Position numbers and translations under genes: made by a program
DNA from: Callorhinchus milii
Taxonomy: Eukaryota
Assembly: GCF_018977255.1 (NCBI RefSeq)
Contig: NW_024704742.1
Span: forward strand, 24,058,001 to 24,122,000
Length of the DNA: 64,000 bases
Reading direction: 5' to 3'
Notes under the pieces: model-generated
The model's database searches: none
Told to the model about the DNA's origin: nothing
Seen by the model: only the letters and a program-made list of their open reading frames with translations
Shown: in pieces, positions 9,237 to 23,005 of the stretch
How the letters are laid out: the number at the start of each line of letters is the position of its first letter
How positions within the stretch are numbered: position 1 is the first letter of the stretch

Positions 9237-11874
9237 AATGAATATCACTTAAATCAACTAAATAGAAAGTAGCATTTAAATACAGAAATGCACATCATAT
9301 GGTATTGAAATGTGACCTGCCTCAATGCAAATCCAGTTATATGAATAGTCCGATTCAGTGAATAACTTTGACTGTGAAATTGAGTATGGAATTAAAAGAA
9401 TTTCAATGTCCTCTCTAGATTTAGGTAAGCAGGATGCATCCCTCCATGGAGACAGTGTGCCTTCCATTCCAATAAATTTCTCTGGAATTTCCATGTATAG
9501 GTGGGATACAAGGAACTCAGTTCGGAACTCAGTTTGGTTTGCATACCAGTGTGGTGATGGATTTCATGTATCCTATACCTGTTTGACCTCCCCCAAAAAT
9601 CAGGCCAGGTTTCTCGCTCATTAAAAACAATGTTGATTCTTCAGAAACTGTGAACAAAGCCACTCACCAGAAGTCTAGGGGGATGCTTAGATCCAAATCA
9701 CTCATTAAGGATCCATTAACACAATTTTATGTCCTGGTGATAACTATGATAACACATACAGCATTTTCCCCCTCATGTAGATGCAAGCTGAATAAATTAA
9801 GAATATTCTTTTCACACTCTCTGCATTGTAATACAAAATGCGATACAAATTGACATTTATAATAGTGCCTTTCACGTCAGATAATACAATCCTTGTTGCA
9901 CAAAATTCCCATATAAAAAATTAATTCTGCCGATTAATGACCATAGCATACAGAACAAAATCACTTTGAAAATTTAATTTTGTCACAATGCTCATGATCA
10001 TGTCAAGTATAACCCTCAGACTGCAAAATTGAAATTATTTTCTGCATTACAACTTTTGAAGAAAAACCACATCAGCTTATTTGAATAATTCTGTGTCAAG
10101 TGCTGCAAGGTTTAGAGCAAATGTACGAAGGAGAACATCATTGCTAATTTCTCCTACTTTTTTTAACAGATTTATTCTGCATCAGTTGACACTAACAACA
10201 TCCAAATGGTGTACAAATCTGCTCCACAATTAACCCACAGAAGTAAACGTTAAAATAAACAGAAGGTTCCTTAAAAAATAAACAAAAACTGAACTTACAA
10301 GCCTCTATTCCTAGCTTTCTGTTAATGTTTTAAATTCCTCATTCACATTTTGTGCAATTCCGGGTGACGTGGCACTTCTGACTTGTTCATGGTACAAGAA
10401 AGCTTCTCCTGGTGATTGTCGTACTTGTGTACCAATAAATGGGTTCCAGGTGACAGAGCTCAGCCAAAGGTCTCCCACCACCTGCAATCCATTTACTGGT
10501 ACACCAGTACAACAGTCACACAGAAACTTTCCTCCTGCAACCTCAGCAGTTTATTGAAGAAAATGCAAATCTAGCACAAGTGCCCGATTACAAGGAATTA
10601 CAGAAACAATGTCAAAGAAGAAATGATGCCTTTACATAATCACGGTGCAACACTAGCCCTACTAATACAGACCCAATCCAAGTTTTTTTGAACAGAGGCA
10701 GAAACAATATTAAATTTGAAAATAAACACTATTCAGAAAAATAGCATAGGACAAACTCTGGCCACTTATTGATCAGAAATTAAAATACAATGGAGCAGTT
10801 AACAAAAAGTTTAATTTAGCTGTATTTACTTTATATCACTGCTACCATAAGCCTGACTAATAAGGTATCCCGCAGCCCAAGATTTAAAGTCACCATCCAT
10901 ACTAGAAGCAGAGAGGCAGCAAGGCTCCAAAGTTTTCCAGCTGAGACGTTCTATCCACCAATGTAGGCCTAGTTGGATTGGTTTGTTGTCTTAAGATCTT
11001 GTATGAGCCTTGCCCAGCTAATGAGAAATAAACTAACCACTTTTGAACCAAAATGGTATATGCACACGCACAGGACTTCAGGCTACTGTGCAATTTGGTG
11101 TACAATAAAACTCACATAGGTCTTATGAGTTGGGACCATATATTTAACATTAATTTAATAAGTGAAAGTTGAATACGTCATATCATATTTGACTTATGTA
11201 AAGTTATATACAAGTCAGATTTTATATGACAACACATAACAAATGGAGTTCACGAATACTCTCTGGAATTAGGTAAGATTGGTGCGTTCCTTCAGGGAAA
11301 GAACTTGCATTCCATTCCAGACATGAACATTTCCAAATGTAGGTCACAAACACATGTGGAACTCGGTCTGGTTTGGATACTCTTAAGCATGGTGATGGGT
11401 TTCACATGTGTCAGATACCCAGCGGACAAAAAAAGAACTCCTGTGTAATGCAGAATATAAACTGGATTCTCCTTGTACAAATACCCTGTAATGCCCTACT
11501 AATCATATGATTGATGCTGCAGTGTACACTTGATTCTAACTTTGGCCAATAGAAAAGTGCGGAAATATTTGCCAAAAATTGCGGCGGTGGGAATTTGTGG
11601 GTGTTGATTGGTGCTATTGAACTACATTTTACTGCTAACCTACATTTTTTCATTTTATTGATGAAAACTAAACATGAGGAAATAACACGTATTAGATTAT
11701 TGCATTTAAAAAATATATTTTCTTTCACAAAAACTGGGTGGCCTATTTGGGGGTGGGGGGGGGGGGGGTTGGGGTGACAACACACTAGCGCAGGCTCAAA
11801 GGGCCTAGAGATCTGCCAAAAAACGACACTCAGGAGCTCACCACCTCCTGCCACACAGGGCCCAGCATCGCACA

Positions 11875-12162
11875 TGCACACAGAGACCAAAAGAGAGACA
11901 CGCACGCACAGTCAGAGAGAGGCACGCCCACTCACAGATACATAGAGACACATTCTCACACAGAGACACACACACACACTCACAAAATTTTACATACAGG
12001 GAGAGACACAGACACTCACACAGACACATATAAGACACATTCACATAGACACTCAAAACACACACACACAGACGCTCACAACCACTCAGAGAGAGAGACA
12101 CACTCAGACATGCAAACACACGTGCGTGCGCACACGCACAGACACACACACAGACAGACACT
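11875..12162. repeat. (CA)/(GA)-rich degenerate microsatellite
   Basis: Runs of cacaca/gagaga/cagaca over ~290 bp. Confidence 0.9.
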
Positions 12163-12419
12163 CTTAACAGCGCAAGTGGGAAATGGGTTTTGTTCGATTT
12201 GGAGGCCATCCAAGTGGAGTGATGCCCATTTCCCACTTGCGCAACAACACCACACCCAGTAGCATCGGATAAACAAATGAGAGTCCTGGGGCCAGAAACT
12301 ACTTTGTTTTAAGCAGGTTTATAGCGGAGGATGCTGCTTATAGGGGATTCCGCGGAAAAACTGCAGCCACACTTTTCCAATGGCCCAGATTATAACAAAT
12401 GTTTTTTGTTATAATCTGC

Positions 12420-12708
12420 TCCACGTCTCCCAGCCGACCCGCCCTACCATCGGCGGCCAGCCTCTCCGCCCCCACCCTTTGGAACTCCACCCCACAATCC
12501 CTTCACCTAGCTCCCTCCCTTGCCTCCTTCAAGGCATGACTCAAGAGCCTCCTTTTTGACTGTGTTTTCAGCCGACCTCCTACCTCTCTGCCCTCCATCA
12601 TCCCAACCCTGCCCTCCCATGCTCAGGTCCTGATCCCCGACTGTTCAGTGCCTTGGGACGTCCTCCAAACGTAAAAGGCGCTTTACAAATGCAATTTTGT
12701 TGTTGTTG
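12420..12708 (+). mobile_element. L2 LINE 3' end
   Basis: ccatcggcggccagcc...tggaactcc...gcctccttcaagg...cttgggacgtcctccaaacgtaaaaggcgctttacaaatgcaatt(ttg)n. Confidence 0.88.
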
Positions 12709-13559
12709 TAATACACTCTCACTGATCTTGTAAGGCTCTCAATGGACATAGAAAGCAAGAATGATTTGCAGATGGGTTTCTTTATATTAGCCATTCCTTT
12801 AAATGCCCATAGTGAAATTGAATCAGTTATTTCAGTTAAGAAACATCATTCCTCAAAAGTCAATCTTATCAATGTTCATCTCTTCCCTCTTTTCTTCTTC
12901 CCAAATAATGTTCTTCAGGAGCCCTTTTCTTTGTACATCTCGTAAGTGTGCCTCAGTGAAACCAATGAAATGATAACTACAAAGTAAAGACAGTCTAAAT
13001 GCTCATATTATATAAAAATGTTTCTGAAGCTTCACTAAGCTTAGATATCAACTGAAATTCACAACTGCTTTGTGGATTCCTCCACCCACCCGCGTTCTCC
13101 AGCACTTCATGATTTAACTGGACCCAGCTGCTCACTGAATGGCATTCGTCTGCATCAGTTTCATGTGCAAATAGTTCTTGGTCTCTTTCCAGAACTTCAG
13201 TGAATCAACTCTCTTACCCAAAGCAAATTGTGAAGGACTTGATGTGTAAAACATTTAATCAGTTTGTGCAGCGTGCATTTTGTAATGCCAAAGAAACCAA
13301 ATCTCTGACAGCTGATTCTCTTCACGTTAAAAATCCTCGCCATCACTGATATCATGCTACCTTCATCAATTCACCAACCTTTGAAAATGAACCAATTTAC
13401 TCATTTGATCATTAGAAAACCGCAAATTTGAAGGCCAACAAGGAATAAGACACGCACAATAAGTGGACCAATTTAGTAAGAAACATTAGAATTTGTTTTT
13501 TTTAAAAAAAATAGTTGTGAGCCAAGTGGCCTCCTCTTTTTGCTGTAAATTCAAACTTC

Positions 13560-14460
13560 ACTAACTACCATCCCATCTCAAATCTGCCCTTCCTTTCTGA
13601 AGACCTGGAATGCGTTGTTGCCACCCCAACTTTGCTCACACCTTTACACCACTTCCTTCTCGAACCCCCCAACCAGCCCCCCTCACAGCATTGTGACAGT
13701 GCTCAAGGTTACAAATTCTATCCTCTGCCTCCGTGACCAGGGCTCCCTCTGACTTCTTTGCCCTCCTGCTTATCCCTCAAACTCACTGAACGTGTATACA
13801 ACCTTGGCATCAGGTTCAATGTCCAGTTATCCTACCCCACATCCAGTTCCTAATCAGGACTGCCTTCCTTCTCATCACTCACCCTCATCCCTATTTTACG
13901 AACACTGCTGAAATTCTCACTCATGGTTTCATCACTTTTTGCCTTGATTTTTCCAATGCACTCATCGATCTTTCACTATAAACAAGGTCCAAATGATACA
14001 AAACTCTGTCCCCTGTGTACTCACATAAACCAGGCTCCACTCTCCCATCACCCCAATTTTTGCCAGGCTCCACTGGCTTCCTGTTGCAGAACAGATTGAT
14101 TTCAAGATCCTTACTTTCACATCACTTAATGTCTGGTGCGCTTCCTCTCTGATCTGCTCTCATTCCACTCCACCACCTGCTGCCTTGGCTCAGCTGACTC
14201 AGATGTTCAGCAGGTCTCTCTTTCCTTCCCCTCCACCACTGATGGCCATGCTGCCCAGAACCTCTGGAGCTCTCTGCCTCAATCCCTCCATTTGGCCCCG
14301 TCTTTGCCTGTCTTCAAATCACACTTGAGACTTGGCTCTTCGACCGTGCCTTTGGTCACCTCTCTTCTCTTTCCAACTCAGCGTCAAACCAAACTGCTGG
14401 TTTAAGTACTCCATGTTACTACTCACGTGAATATCACAATAACAATGCAAGTTGTTGTTG
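13560..14460 (+). mobile_element. Degraded, internally deleted L2 LINE
   Basis: Pyrimidine-rich and collinear with 25590-26940 (ctcaaggttacaaat, gaccagggctccctctg, ccaggctccactggct, gatttcaagatcct). Ends aatgcaagttgttgttg. Confidence 0.8.
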
Positions 14461-14611
14461 GAAATTAAATTATTCATCTGTATCTATCCTTCATTTCAAG
14501 CACCTTATCCTGTTAATGAATCCCAGGAAAACCCCTCATCTCAAAATAGTACAATGGCCCTTCCCTGTATAATATATGCAAATGTAGCCAAGCAGTTAAG
14601 TAACAATTTGC

Positions 14612-14936
14612 AATAATAATAATAATCCTTGCATTTGATGTAACACTTTTCACATCGGGAGGACGTCCCAAAGCGCTTCACAGAACACACTGTAAAGTGA
14701 ATTGACTGTATATTTGTGGGCGAACGCGGCAGCTAATTGCGCACAGCAATGTCCCACAAACAGTCATATGGATTGAAAATGACCAATTTATTATTGGTTT
14801 TGGTTCTGGAGGGATTATTATTAGGCTCTGTGTGGAGTAAGGAAACTTGCCCAAGGTTTCGCCCTCTGCCTGGAATTGAACTCAGGTCTCTCACTTGCAA
14901 AGCGAGTGCTCTAACCACTGAGCTACAGGACTCCAC
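14612..14936 (-). mobile_element. Young tRNA-Ala-derived SINE, full length
   Basis: Near-identical reverse complement of 8197-8528. Confidence 0.95.
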
Positions 14937-15892
14937 AAATGGATTTCAAGCAATTTTCACTACAAATCCAAAATGTCAAATGTATTCCAACGTAACAGAC
15001 AATTCTTCTGGAAAGATACCCCATTCTGCAATATCAAATCCTCCAAAAGAAATGCACATGAAACTGATGCAAACGAATGCTGAACGAGTCTTCATTGTAG
15101 TTGATTTTAATATAGCTCAGTAATCGCCAGTCTCGTTCAAGGGCAAAAGCTAGACAATTTATAGGCAGCCAGGATAAGCGGCGTGGAACTAGATCCTTGC
15201 AGAAAAATCTGTATTAATTACTCTGTTCGTTATGAATTGCAGTTGTATGTTCAGTTTGCATTGTGCATAGGATGAAAAGCCTAGGCAAGCCCGTTTCTTC
15301 TGTTCTAGGAGCCCAAAAAAAATCTGTGCAAACCATCCTGATCTGTGAAAGAAACTAAATTGTAACTATAATCCTTGCTTTTGATATAGCACTGTATGAC
15401 TCTTAAGATGCTCACTATCAGTAACCCAACGTTACAATCTTGGCAGGCTTCTGAGAAAGATTTCCTTGTTTAAAAAAAATCTTGTTTTAAAAAAACTCCA
15501 GAAGAAGCTATGAAAAATGGAAGCTTTCTTCTACTCAGGAGTTCATTCTTTCATTCTACTCCACACATAGAGTGAACGTCAAAATTCAACCAATGAGTTT
15601 GGATCCATAAACATTCTTGCTGAACTCAGCCATACAATCATAAATATGTTCAAAATTCCTCAGATAATTTAACTATTTGGACCTATAGGAAAAACACCAT
15701 CTTAGAAATGTCAAACCTGGTTGCATAAACATTATTATAGTAGTGCCAAAGGCAGGCTTGAGATTCAACCTCATAGGCACAGAGTGAAATAAACAGCCAT
15801 TTCCAAAATACTTGCTTCCATCTACATTGCATCCACCTGTCTACGCTGAACCAATGTTTAAAATATTTTCCCAATCAGGGCACACTGCTGGG

Positions 15893-16308
15893 TCATAGAA
15901 TCATAGAAATGTACAGCACAAAAAGAAGCCATTCGGCCCATCGAGTTTGTGCCGGCTCTTTGAATAGAGCAATTAACGTCAATCCCACTTCCCAGCCCTT
16001 TCCCCATAACCCTGCAAACCCGTCCTCCTCAAATACCCATCCACCGCGTTTTTAAAAGTTGTTATCGAATCGGCCTCCACCATCCTTTCAGGCAATGCGT
16101 TCCAGATTCGAACAACTCGCTGCGTGAAAAAATTTCTTCTCACCTCTCCTCTGCTTCTTTTGGAGACTATTTTGAATCTGTGACCTCGAGTCACGGACAC
16201 ACCCACCAGTGGAAACAGCTTTTCCCTTTCTACCCTATCAAATCCCCTCATGATTTTGAAGACCTCTATTAGGTCTCCTCGTAACCTTCTCTGCTCCAAT
16301 GAGAATAG
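15893..16308 (-). mobile_element. CR1 LINE, 5'-truncated and young: intact ORF2 C-terminus plus 3' UTR
   Basis: The ORF EQRRLRGDLIEVFKIMRGFDRV...TRGHRFKI...RRNFFTQRVVRIWNALP is the typical CR1 ORF2 C-terminus. It ends in the octamer repeat (TTCTATGA)2. Confidence 0.93.
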
Positions 16309-18319
16309 TTATTTGTGTCATCAATAACTATCATCTAAGAAAATGATTAGCTACATGTAAAGCTATACAGAAAATCATGTTGAAAGATTCAAACACAATT
16401 TTATACCATATAAAATTGAATTCTGAGATCCACTGTATTCAGAATAGAAATCAATCAATGATTTCTTATTCTAATGTTAGTTTCTATATTCACCATGATA
16501 TATGCTCAATACACATCAAACAGCATTGAAGTTTGATACCTAGAACTTAGCAAACATCAACTAACAAACAAATTCTTAAATTGGCTTGTTGATAACATAT
16601 TTCAAAAGAAAATACATGCACACAAAGATTACTGAAACTCCAAGTTTTATTTTTCAATTTTATAAGCATTTCCATTTTGAATATTTTCTTTCCACTGTTC
16701 TATGATCAGATAATAATTCAAGACTACACATAGCAGTGAACCATGCCATTAAATTGCCCACAAAAAATGCTCATGATTCAAACACCTCAAACTTAATCTA
16801 AAATCTTGTCTACTTGCAGCAAGAACATTTTGGAGGAAGGGGCTACAAATGATATATAAAAACACAGCACAGGTTATTTTGGGTCTACACGCAAATTATT
16901 TACAAGGAATCACAAAAATTTAATTTGAAGGTTTTCTGCACTAACGGTACCCAATTTGCTGAACACAAATTATTCAATTCATAAATTCTCTGTAAATATA
17001 TATACACACGCACATACACACACTATTTATGGTTTTCATTCTTTTCTGACATATCTCAGATAATATCGGTTATTAATCTCAATGTTTACAAATTAGTTTC
17101 CTTGTTTACTTTTCACTTCTGATTCTTACCCATGGGATTGTGGTTATCCAATTGCTGAATAGATTGAATAATCTCAGTTTCTCTGCGCTGAAAGTTTTCA
17201 ATATTCTGGAGGAGGGCTTTAGAGGTTGTAAATTATGGATGACTCTCCTGCTGTGCTCGTCGGGTCTTCTTATTGCTGGCGATCACCAGCAGCAGTGCCT
17301 GTGGCTACAGGCGTGCCATTCCCATCATATTGATTATACCCCTGTGACTTTTGCACAGACGATCTGGCTAAATAACTGAAGCATGGAACCACAACAAAAA
17401 ACAGAACTGCGATTTCTCGGTCTGCGTTTTTCTTACCAAAAGCATGAGCATGCATTCTGAACACATTGTTTGCCAATTGGCAAATGTATTTGATAAAATA
17501 AAGTGCAAGTCGCTCAACTTAAAATTTATGTTTAGTGTGTGAAACGTAAACAGTGAAATAGCGGATTCGGAATGTTGCAAGTAGCAAAGGAAGCAATGGC
17601 AACTTTAATCAGATGGTTGGTGCTACTCAAGACAGCTTTCAGTGATGCCATTCATGTGTTGGTGATAGGAGAGGACTTGTGGTCAACTGAGAATAGTAGG
17701 GACGTTTGGAAGACTGGAGAAAAGTGCATTTCATCAAGCATCAAACAGACAGTTATGACAGGAAGCATAGATGAAAGAAAACATCCAGAAAATGATAGAA
17801 GCAAAGAAAGGAAACAAGTGAGTTTCAAACATTAAACAAGTGAGTACAAACATTAAACATTATGAACAGATCTTGAGAAAGGTGGGATTTACAGACACAA
17901 CAAAAATGATCATAAAAAGAAAAAAGGAATGTTAAAGAAAACCGAAGAATACAGAATAAAATGCAGTAAATAGAAAAATAAGGTGAAAAGTGAAATTAAG
18001 AGTAAATTGAAATAAGAAATTGAAAAGGTCATAGCTTTATCCCATCACCATTACTGACCTTTCAACACAAAGTTATTCATTTTAATATGGGAAAGGCAGA
18101 CATTCATTCCAAAGCTCTCAGCACAGTTTGACCAGTACAGAATGTTGTCTTCCATACTGAACGTCTGAATTTGATCATTTGCTTTCAAATTCTACAGGCG
18201 GGTTCAGAGTTTGAGTTTTTTTGGTAGTTGACTGCAATAAAAAGTAGTCAACATGTTATAAGTGGTATATTAACTTATAACAGGATAGCAATTTAAGATA
18301 GTTATCAAATGGGGAGATG

Positions 18320-18545
18320 AAAGATTTTTTTCACAGTTATTAGGTTATGGAATGCCCTGCTGAGAGCTGTAATAGAGACAGAATCCAAGCTTTAAAAAGG
18401 GAATTAGATACATATTAAAATGAAATCAACTAGAGAGTAAAGGAAAAGGGCAGATAAATGGGAGTGAAAGGATTTCTCTTTTAATAAAACCAGGACAGAC
18501 ACGATGGGCCAAATGGCCTTCTTCGGGTTGTAAATTTCTATGGAT
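18320..18545 (+). mobile_element. Degraded CR1 3' end
   Basis: tttttcacag...tatggaatgccctgctgagag...gatgggccaaatggccttcttc...taaatttctatg. Confidence 0.75.
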
Positions 18546-18879
18546 CTGAGAGCAAATGTATGCTCAAAATTAATTTCTTTCAAAAACATTCACCATTGGC
18601 AACATAATTTAGTTTTCCTTTTCAGACTGAAATGGTCACTATAATACTGCGGCATAAACTTCACCGCCAGTACCACACATCTGATAATTGGAGATCGTGC
18701 TTAGCATAATGGGTGACTTCACACAACTTCATGAACCAATCACCACCAGAATATTACTTTATCTCTTTAAAAGTCAATTCAAAAGATCACAAAAGAGGTT
18801 TGGAGGAAGTAGTCTCTTTTGCCTCATTCTTTCAGAACACCCAACCAATCACTTACTGATTACATCACGTGGTTCCACT

Positions 18880-19020
18880 ACACCCCGAGGCTCTCTCCCT
18901 CAATCCCTCTGCCTTGTCCCCACTTTCAAATCCCACCTTTTTGATTGTACTTACTGTCACCTCTTCCCTCCCTCTCCCCCTGGTTCAGTGTCAGACTCTG
19001 CTACTGTCAAGTTGTTGTTG
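18880..19020 (+). mobile_element. Degraded L2 3' UTR fragment
   Basis: ctctctccctcaatccctctgccttg...ttcaaatcccacctttttgattg...gttgttgttg. Confidence 0.6.
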
Positions 19021-19269
19021 CATTGATCAAGGCCGAATCCATATTAGTTTTCACGATGGAACTAGACAAGATATCTAAAAAGGAACAATTTGCAAGCTAT
19101 GAAGAAAGGAAGGTAAATTGGACTGGATGTCAATCACATGTAAGATAGACCAAAAGGCCTTCTTCTGTGCTGTCATTTTCTATGTTTCCATGGCTTACCG
19201 TTGGGATGACCCTCCTCAAAGTCTGACATCACGCAACAACCTCTTCTGGCTGTAAATTGTTAGGTTATG

Positions 19270-19558
19270 ATAATAATATTAATCCTTGCATCTGATATAT
19301 AGCCTTATCACACCTTCGAGATGTCTTAAAGTGCTTTACAGAATATACTGCAAAATGAATTGACCGTATATTCTGTGGGCAAATGCGGCAGCCAATTAGG
19401 CACAGCAGTGTCCCACAAACAGTCGTGACCAAATTATTATTTATTTATTTTTGATGGGATTATTACCCCCGGAAAAGCGATCCACCAATCAACTAACAAC
19501 CGAGTTCCTACGTATTGCTAGGTAAACAGAGGTGTACGGAGTAAGGAAACTTGCCCAA
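19270..19558 (-). mobile_element. Older, longer relative of the tRNA-Ala SINE, head missing
   Basis: Shares the tail and body (gcggcagccaatt, tgtcccacaaacagtcgt, ggagtaaggaaacttgcccaa) but has an extra internal segment at ~19470-19535. Confidence 0.8.
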
Positions 19559-20357
19559 CATTCTTTTCATATTGGTTATTCAAATGATTGATGCTATTGC
19601 ATTTCCAATTAATCAGGTCGGGTGAATGGTTTGCAGTTGCCAGATACAGATCCATCACCTTTCTTGAATATGGGAATCATACTTTCTTGCTTCCATTCTG
19701 GCGGACCCTCACCAGTGGCAATCAACTCCCTCAAAATGTCTGAGGGGGAAGTCACTCGCAGAAGCTAGAACTTTTTTTTCCCACAAGTAAACAGTATTTT
19801 CTCACAACACCCTCCAAAAATGGGAGTACACGCAATCTACTCAAAGGACTATAAATGCTGCAGCTCTGTCGCCAGCTAAATGAAGCACAGTGAGAGTAAT
19901 CGAGCAAACAAAGGTAGCAATTCTCCACAGACCCCGACAAAGAAACCCTCTGAGATGGAGAAATCATCATGTGGGAAATCTCTGGGCAACCTGGATGCTG
20001 ATACATGTTGCACAACGTATTTTGAGCAACAACATACTGGTAGTAATAAGGCAAGTCAAATTAATACCCAGCAGATGAATACATGGAATGATGCTTCTTC
20101 ATGACCTTCACTGCACTAAAATGTAGAATTTTCACACATTCTTTTTGGAAAATAAACCAAAATATAAAATTTCATAGATTTCAAATGTATCAAATACCAC
20201 AAGTATGTTCATAACAAGTCATAATATTGATCTGTTTGCTGGTAGAATATGCTAAAAGAACACCAAACTGAATGTCTGTCAAATGGCTCAAAACTGTTCA
20301 CCTATCCTCTCAGCTAGGGAAAAGTGGATGAATAAGGGGCATTCTAATGACTTCTTC

Positions 20358-20430
20358 TACAACAACAAGATTGCATTTGTATAGCGCCTTTCACGTCAGG
20401 AGGGTTGGGAGGCGGGGGGGGAGGGAGGTC
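20358..20430 (-). mobile_element. L2 extreme 3' tail
   Basis: (aac)n agattgcatttgtatagcgcctttcacgtcaggagg. Similar isolated tails occur near 35598-35652, 45335-45392, 46075-46135 and 54412-54470. Confidence 0.8.
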
Positions 20431-21989
20431 TTCCTTCCTCATTCAGCACTCTCCAAATACTTATGGACTCTTCCAAAGGAGCTTCCTGCCTTGAGGAAGT
20501 AGATCTGACAGATGGAATGGAATGACAAACCTTTGAAATTGGTCAAAATCTACATTTGGAAGAACTAACTTGCAGTGTTTAGTGCACCAGAAATACCCAA
20601 TGTATAGCTACCCAAGCTGCTGCCTGGGTGGAACAGTTAGCTAACGATTTGGGGATTTAGGTAAACAACATGTTGTTCACCAAGAGGGGTGCCATCTTGT
20701 GCCACATTAGGGGCTGAAAGTTACAATGCAGCAGTTGCATCTCTACCCTCAAGCCATTTGAAACACCAAGTGTGTCCCTGGGGTTTCAGGAGGTCTGAAA
20801 GCAAATGTCAGGTAAGTAAAGAACTGGATCAGGCACTGATGTCAGGCCAGCGTGTGCGGAACCACATCTGGGTATATATCAGTGGTTTCCATGGCGGGGG
20901 GGTAAGGCAAAAAAAATGCTGCTGTTAGGTCTAAATCTGCACCATTTACTTTTTTTTCCAATAAATTTCAATGGCTTCTGTTGTTCAGATTCTCAATATT
21001 AACACACAATCTTTACCTACTGGCGTACTATTAAAGCTCCAAAATGCATGTTGTGCAGCATCCTGTACACACTTACCATCTCACTTACATCATGACTTTC
21101 AAGATATTCAGAAGGCATAGGATTTAAAAACATGCGTTTCAATAAATATACTGACATGATTTGTAAGTGGGTGGGGAAGAAAGTGCACAGAAAAAAGATA
21201 TTAACACAGGATGATACACTTCAACAACCACAATCCTTTCCAGGTCAGAGCATACTCGGGAATTTGACAACATTAATATTGACTGCAATATTCTTGTTTA
21301 TTGAAATCTCCAATCTAAAACAGATCTGAAATGACTCGCTTAGCTATGCAACTTGAGATTTCATGGGTAGTAGACACTTATTAAATTGGCTGAGTCTATT
21401 AATCTTGCCACGCTGAATTATATTTATAGTGGCAAACAGCAATATCATGATTCATTCATTTGACTTCCATTTGCCACTATAAATATAGCAGCACGATTTT
21501 TGGACATGGACCCCGAGAACATCAAGGTGGCTGGCATGTCACAAACTGTCTTATAAAGATCCTTCCAGCACACTGAAGGCAGATGTCCATTAGATAGCTG
21601 ATAAGGAAACTCTGAAGCTTCGGGTGACAGCTGATGGAAGGTGGTACCTGGAGTCCGAGTTCATGAACACACATTGGTACATCCAACACCTGGAATCCAC
21701 CTTGAATGGGCTTTAGAGAGGTCAGCAGCACCTGCACCTCCAATTGGTGGAACATCGCTCAATGGGAAGTGACGTGTCCCTGAACTGCGGACAGAAAGAT
21801 GGTGGCAATGCTATCATGCATTTCATATTGAGCCATGTTGCCCACCAGGAAGCTCGCAGGGTATCTACCACCCACCAAGTGAGGGCTCAAACCCGTGCTT
21901 GTCAGATCTCAAACAAACAAATGTACTGAACCTCCTTGGGCAGGGAGGTCTCTTTGGAGCTGAACTAACTCCAAGGTGACAGGCTCGGT

Positions 21990-22281
21990 AGTCCAGTTTC
22001 TGAGCTAGGAGGGTCCGCAGTATTCCGGGGCACTGCTGATGACAGTACAGCCAGCCTAGTTTATCGGCACAACTTGGAAAGGCAGATCATTCACTGGGGT
22101 CAGAGAATCCTGCAAGGCAAAAGCCCCTAATGGGTGATCCAAGCTGGACAAGCAGCAGGAAAGCTTGGCAGACATTGCTGTTGATGGCAAGCAATGTGGT
22201 TCAGCTGGTTCGACTCCAGTAGTAACGCACACTCTGGTGTCCCCAAGCCTTGGCTCCTGCCAACTTGTGCCTAATACTGTC
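21990..22281. repeat. Unclassified ~300-bp interspersed repeat, copy 2
   Basis: Collinear with 7890-8182, same orientation. Confidence 0.8.
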
Positions 22282-22890
22282 CAGAATTAGGTAAACAGGG
22301 AGAGGGTGTGAATTCCATGCGCAATAGCTATTGGCACAATGTGGAGGTTCTGGAGAAGGGGATCCTATTGATGATTGCTAAGCAGGAGAATTATTAATTG
22401 CATTACAACAAAACGTGCACTCCCCCCTCGTTTTTTTCTCTTGCTCTTCAATACTGTTCCAAGTTATCCTATTTGCTGAATACTGGAGGTGGAGCCCAGG
22501 ACTGTTGTCTCTGGGGTCTGCATGACTATTAGGATTTATAGCTATGCAAGAATGTAATTAGAATTTGAAGAAGACTTGGCAACCTTGCCAAACTCAACTG
22601 CTTGCACAGTTTGTTTTTAAAAAATACCACCTTGTACAAACTGAAGCTTTTAAAGAATGAGTTTCACCATCTGGGTCTCTTAAAAATCAACTAAAACAGC
22701 TTTGACCATTTTAATGTTTAAATAGCAAGTGATGACAAGATCACTGTGGAATGACATTTATACCATATATATCACTAAAAATCCCCATGCTGGACAGAGT
22801 CCGATTCCCCAAGCTGACTGCATGAGCAATCTAGATTTTGAAGTAGTATGTATCACAGAGAATAAGCACAGAACAAAAGGTCAAAAATGC

Positions 22891-23005
22891 ATAATAATAA
22901 TAATCCTTGTAGTTGATATAGCACCTTATCACATCTTCGAGGCATCTCAAAGCGCTTCACAGAATATACTTTAAAGTGAATTGACTATATATTTTGTGAG
23001 CGAAA
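22891..23005 (-). mobile_element. SINE 3' fragment
   Basis: (aat)n ccttgtagttgatatagcacc...aaagcgcttcacagaatatact..aaagtgaattgact. Confidence 0.8.

Noticed and set aside
11838..12276. Cys/Val-rich ORFs
   Set aside because: They are translations of the (TG)n-rich microsatellite.
17469..17484. Perfect 16-bp palindrome tttgccaattggcaaa
   Set aside because: About one such palindrome is expected by chance in a window of this size, and nothing else supports it.
17812..17859. Short direct repeats (aaacaagtgagt..caaacatt x2; also taaagcttcactt x2 at ~51090)
   Set aside because: Only two units with no spacer array; these are ordinary slippage duplications, not CRISPR-like.
21520..21700. Possible RTE LINE C-terminal remnant (KLSYKD...ADGRW)
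   Set aside because: The similarity is too weak and interrupted to call without a profile search.
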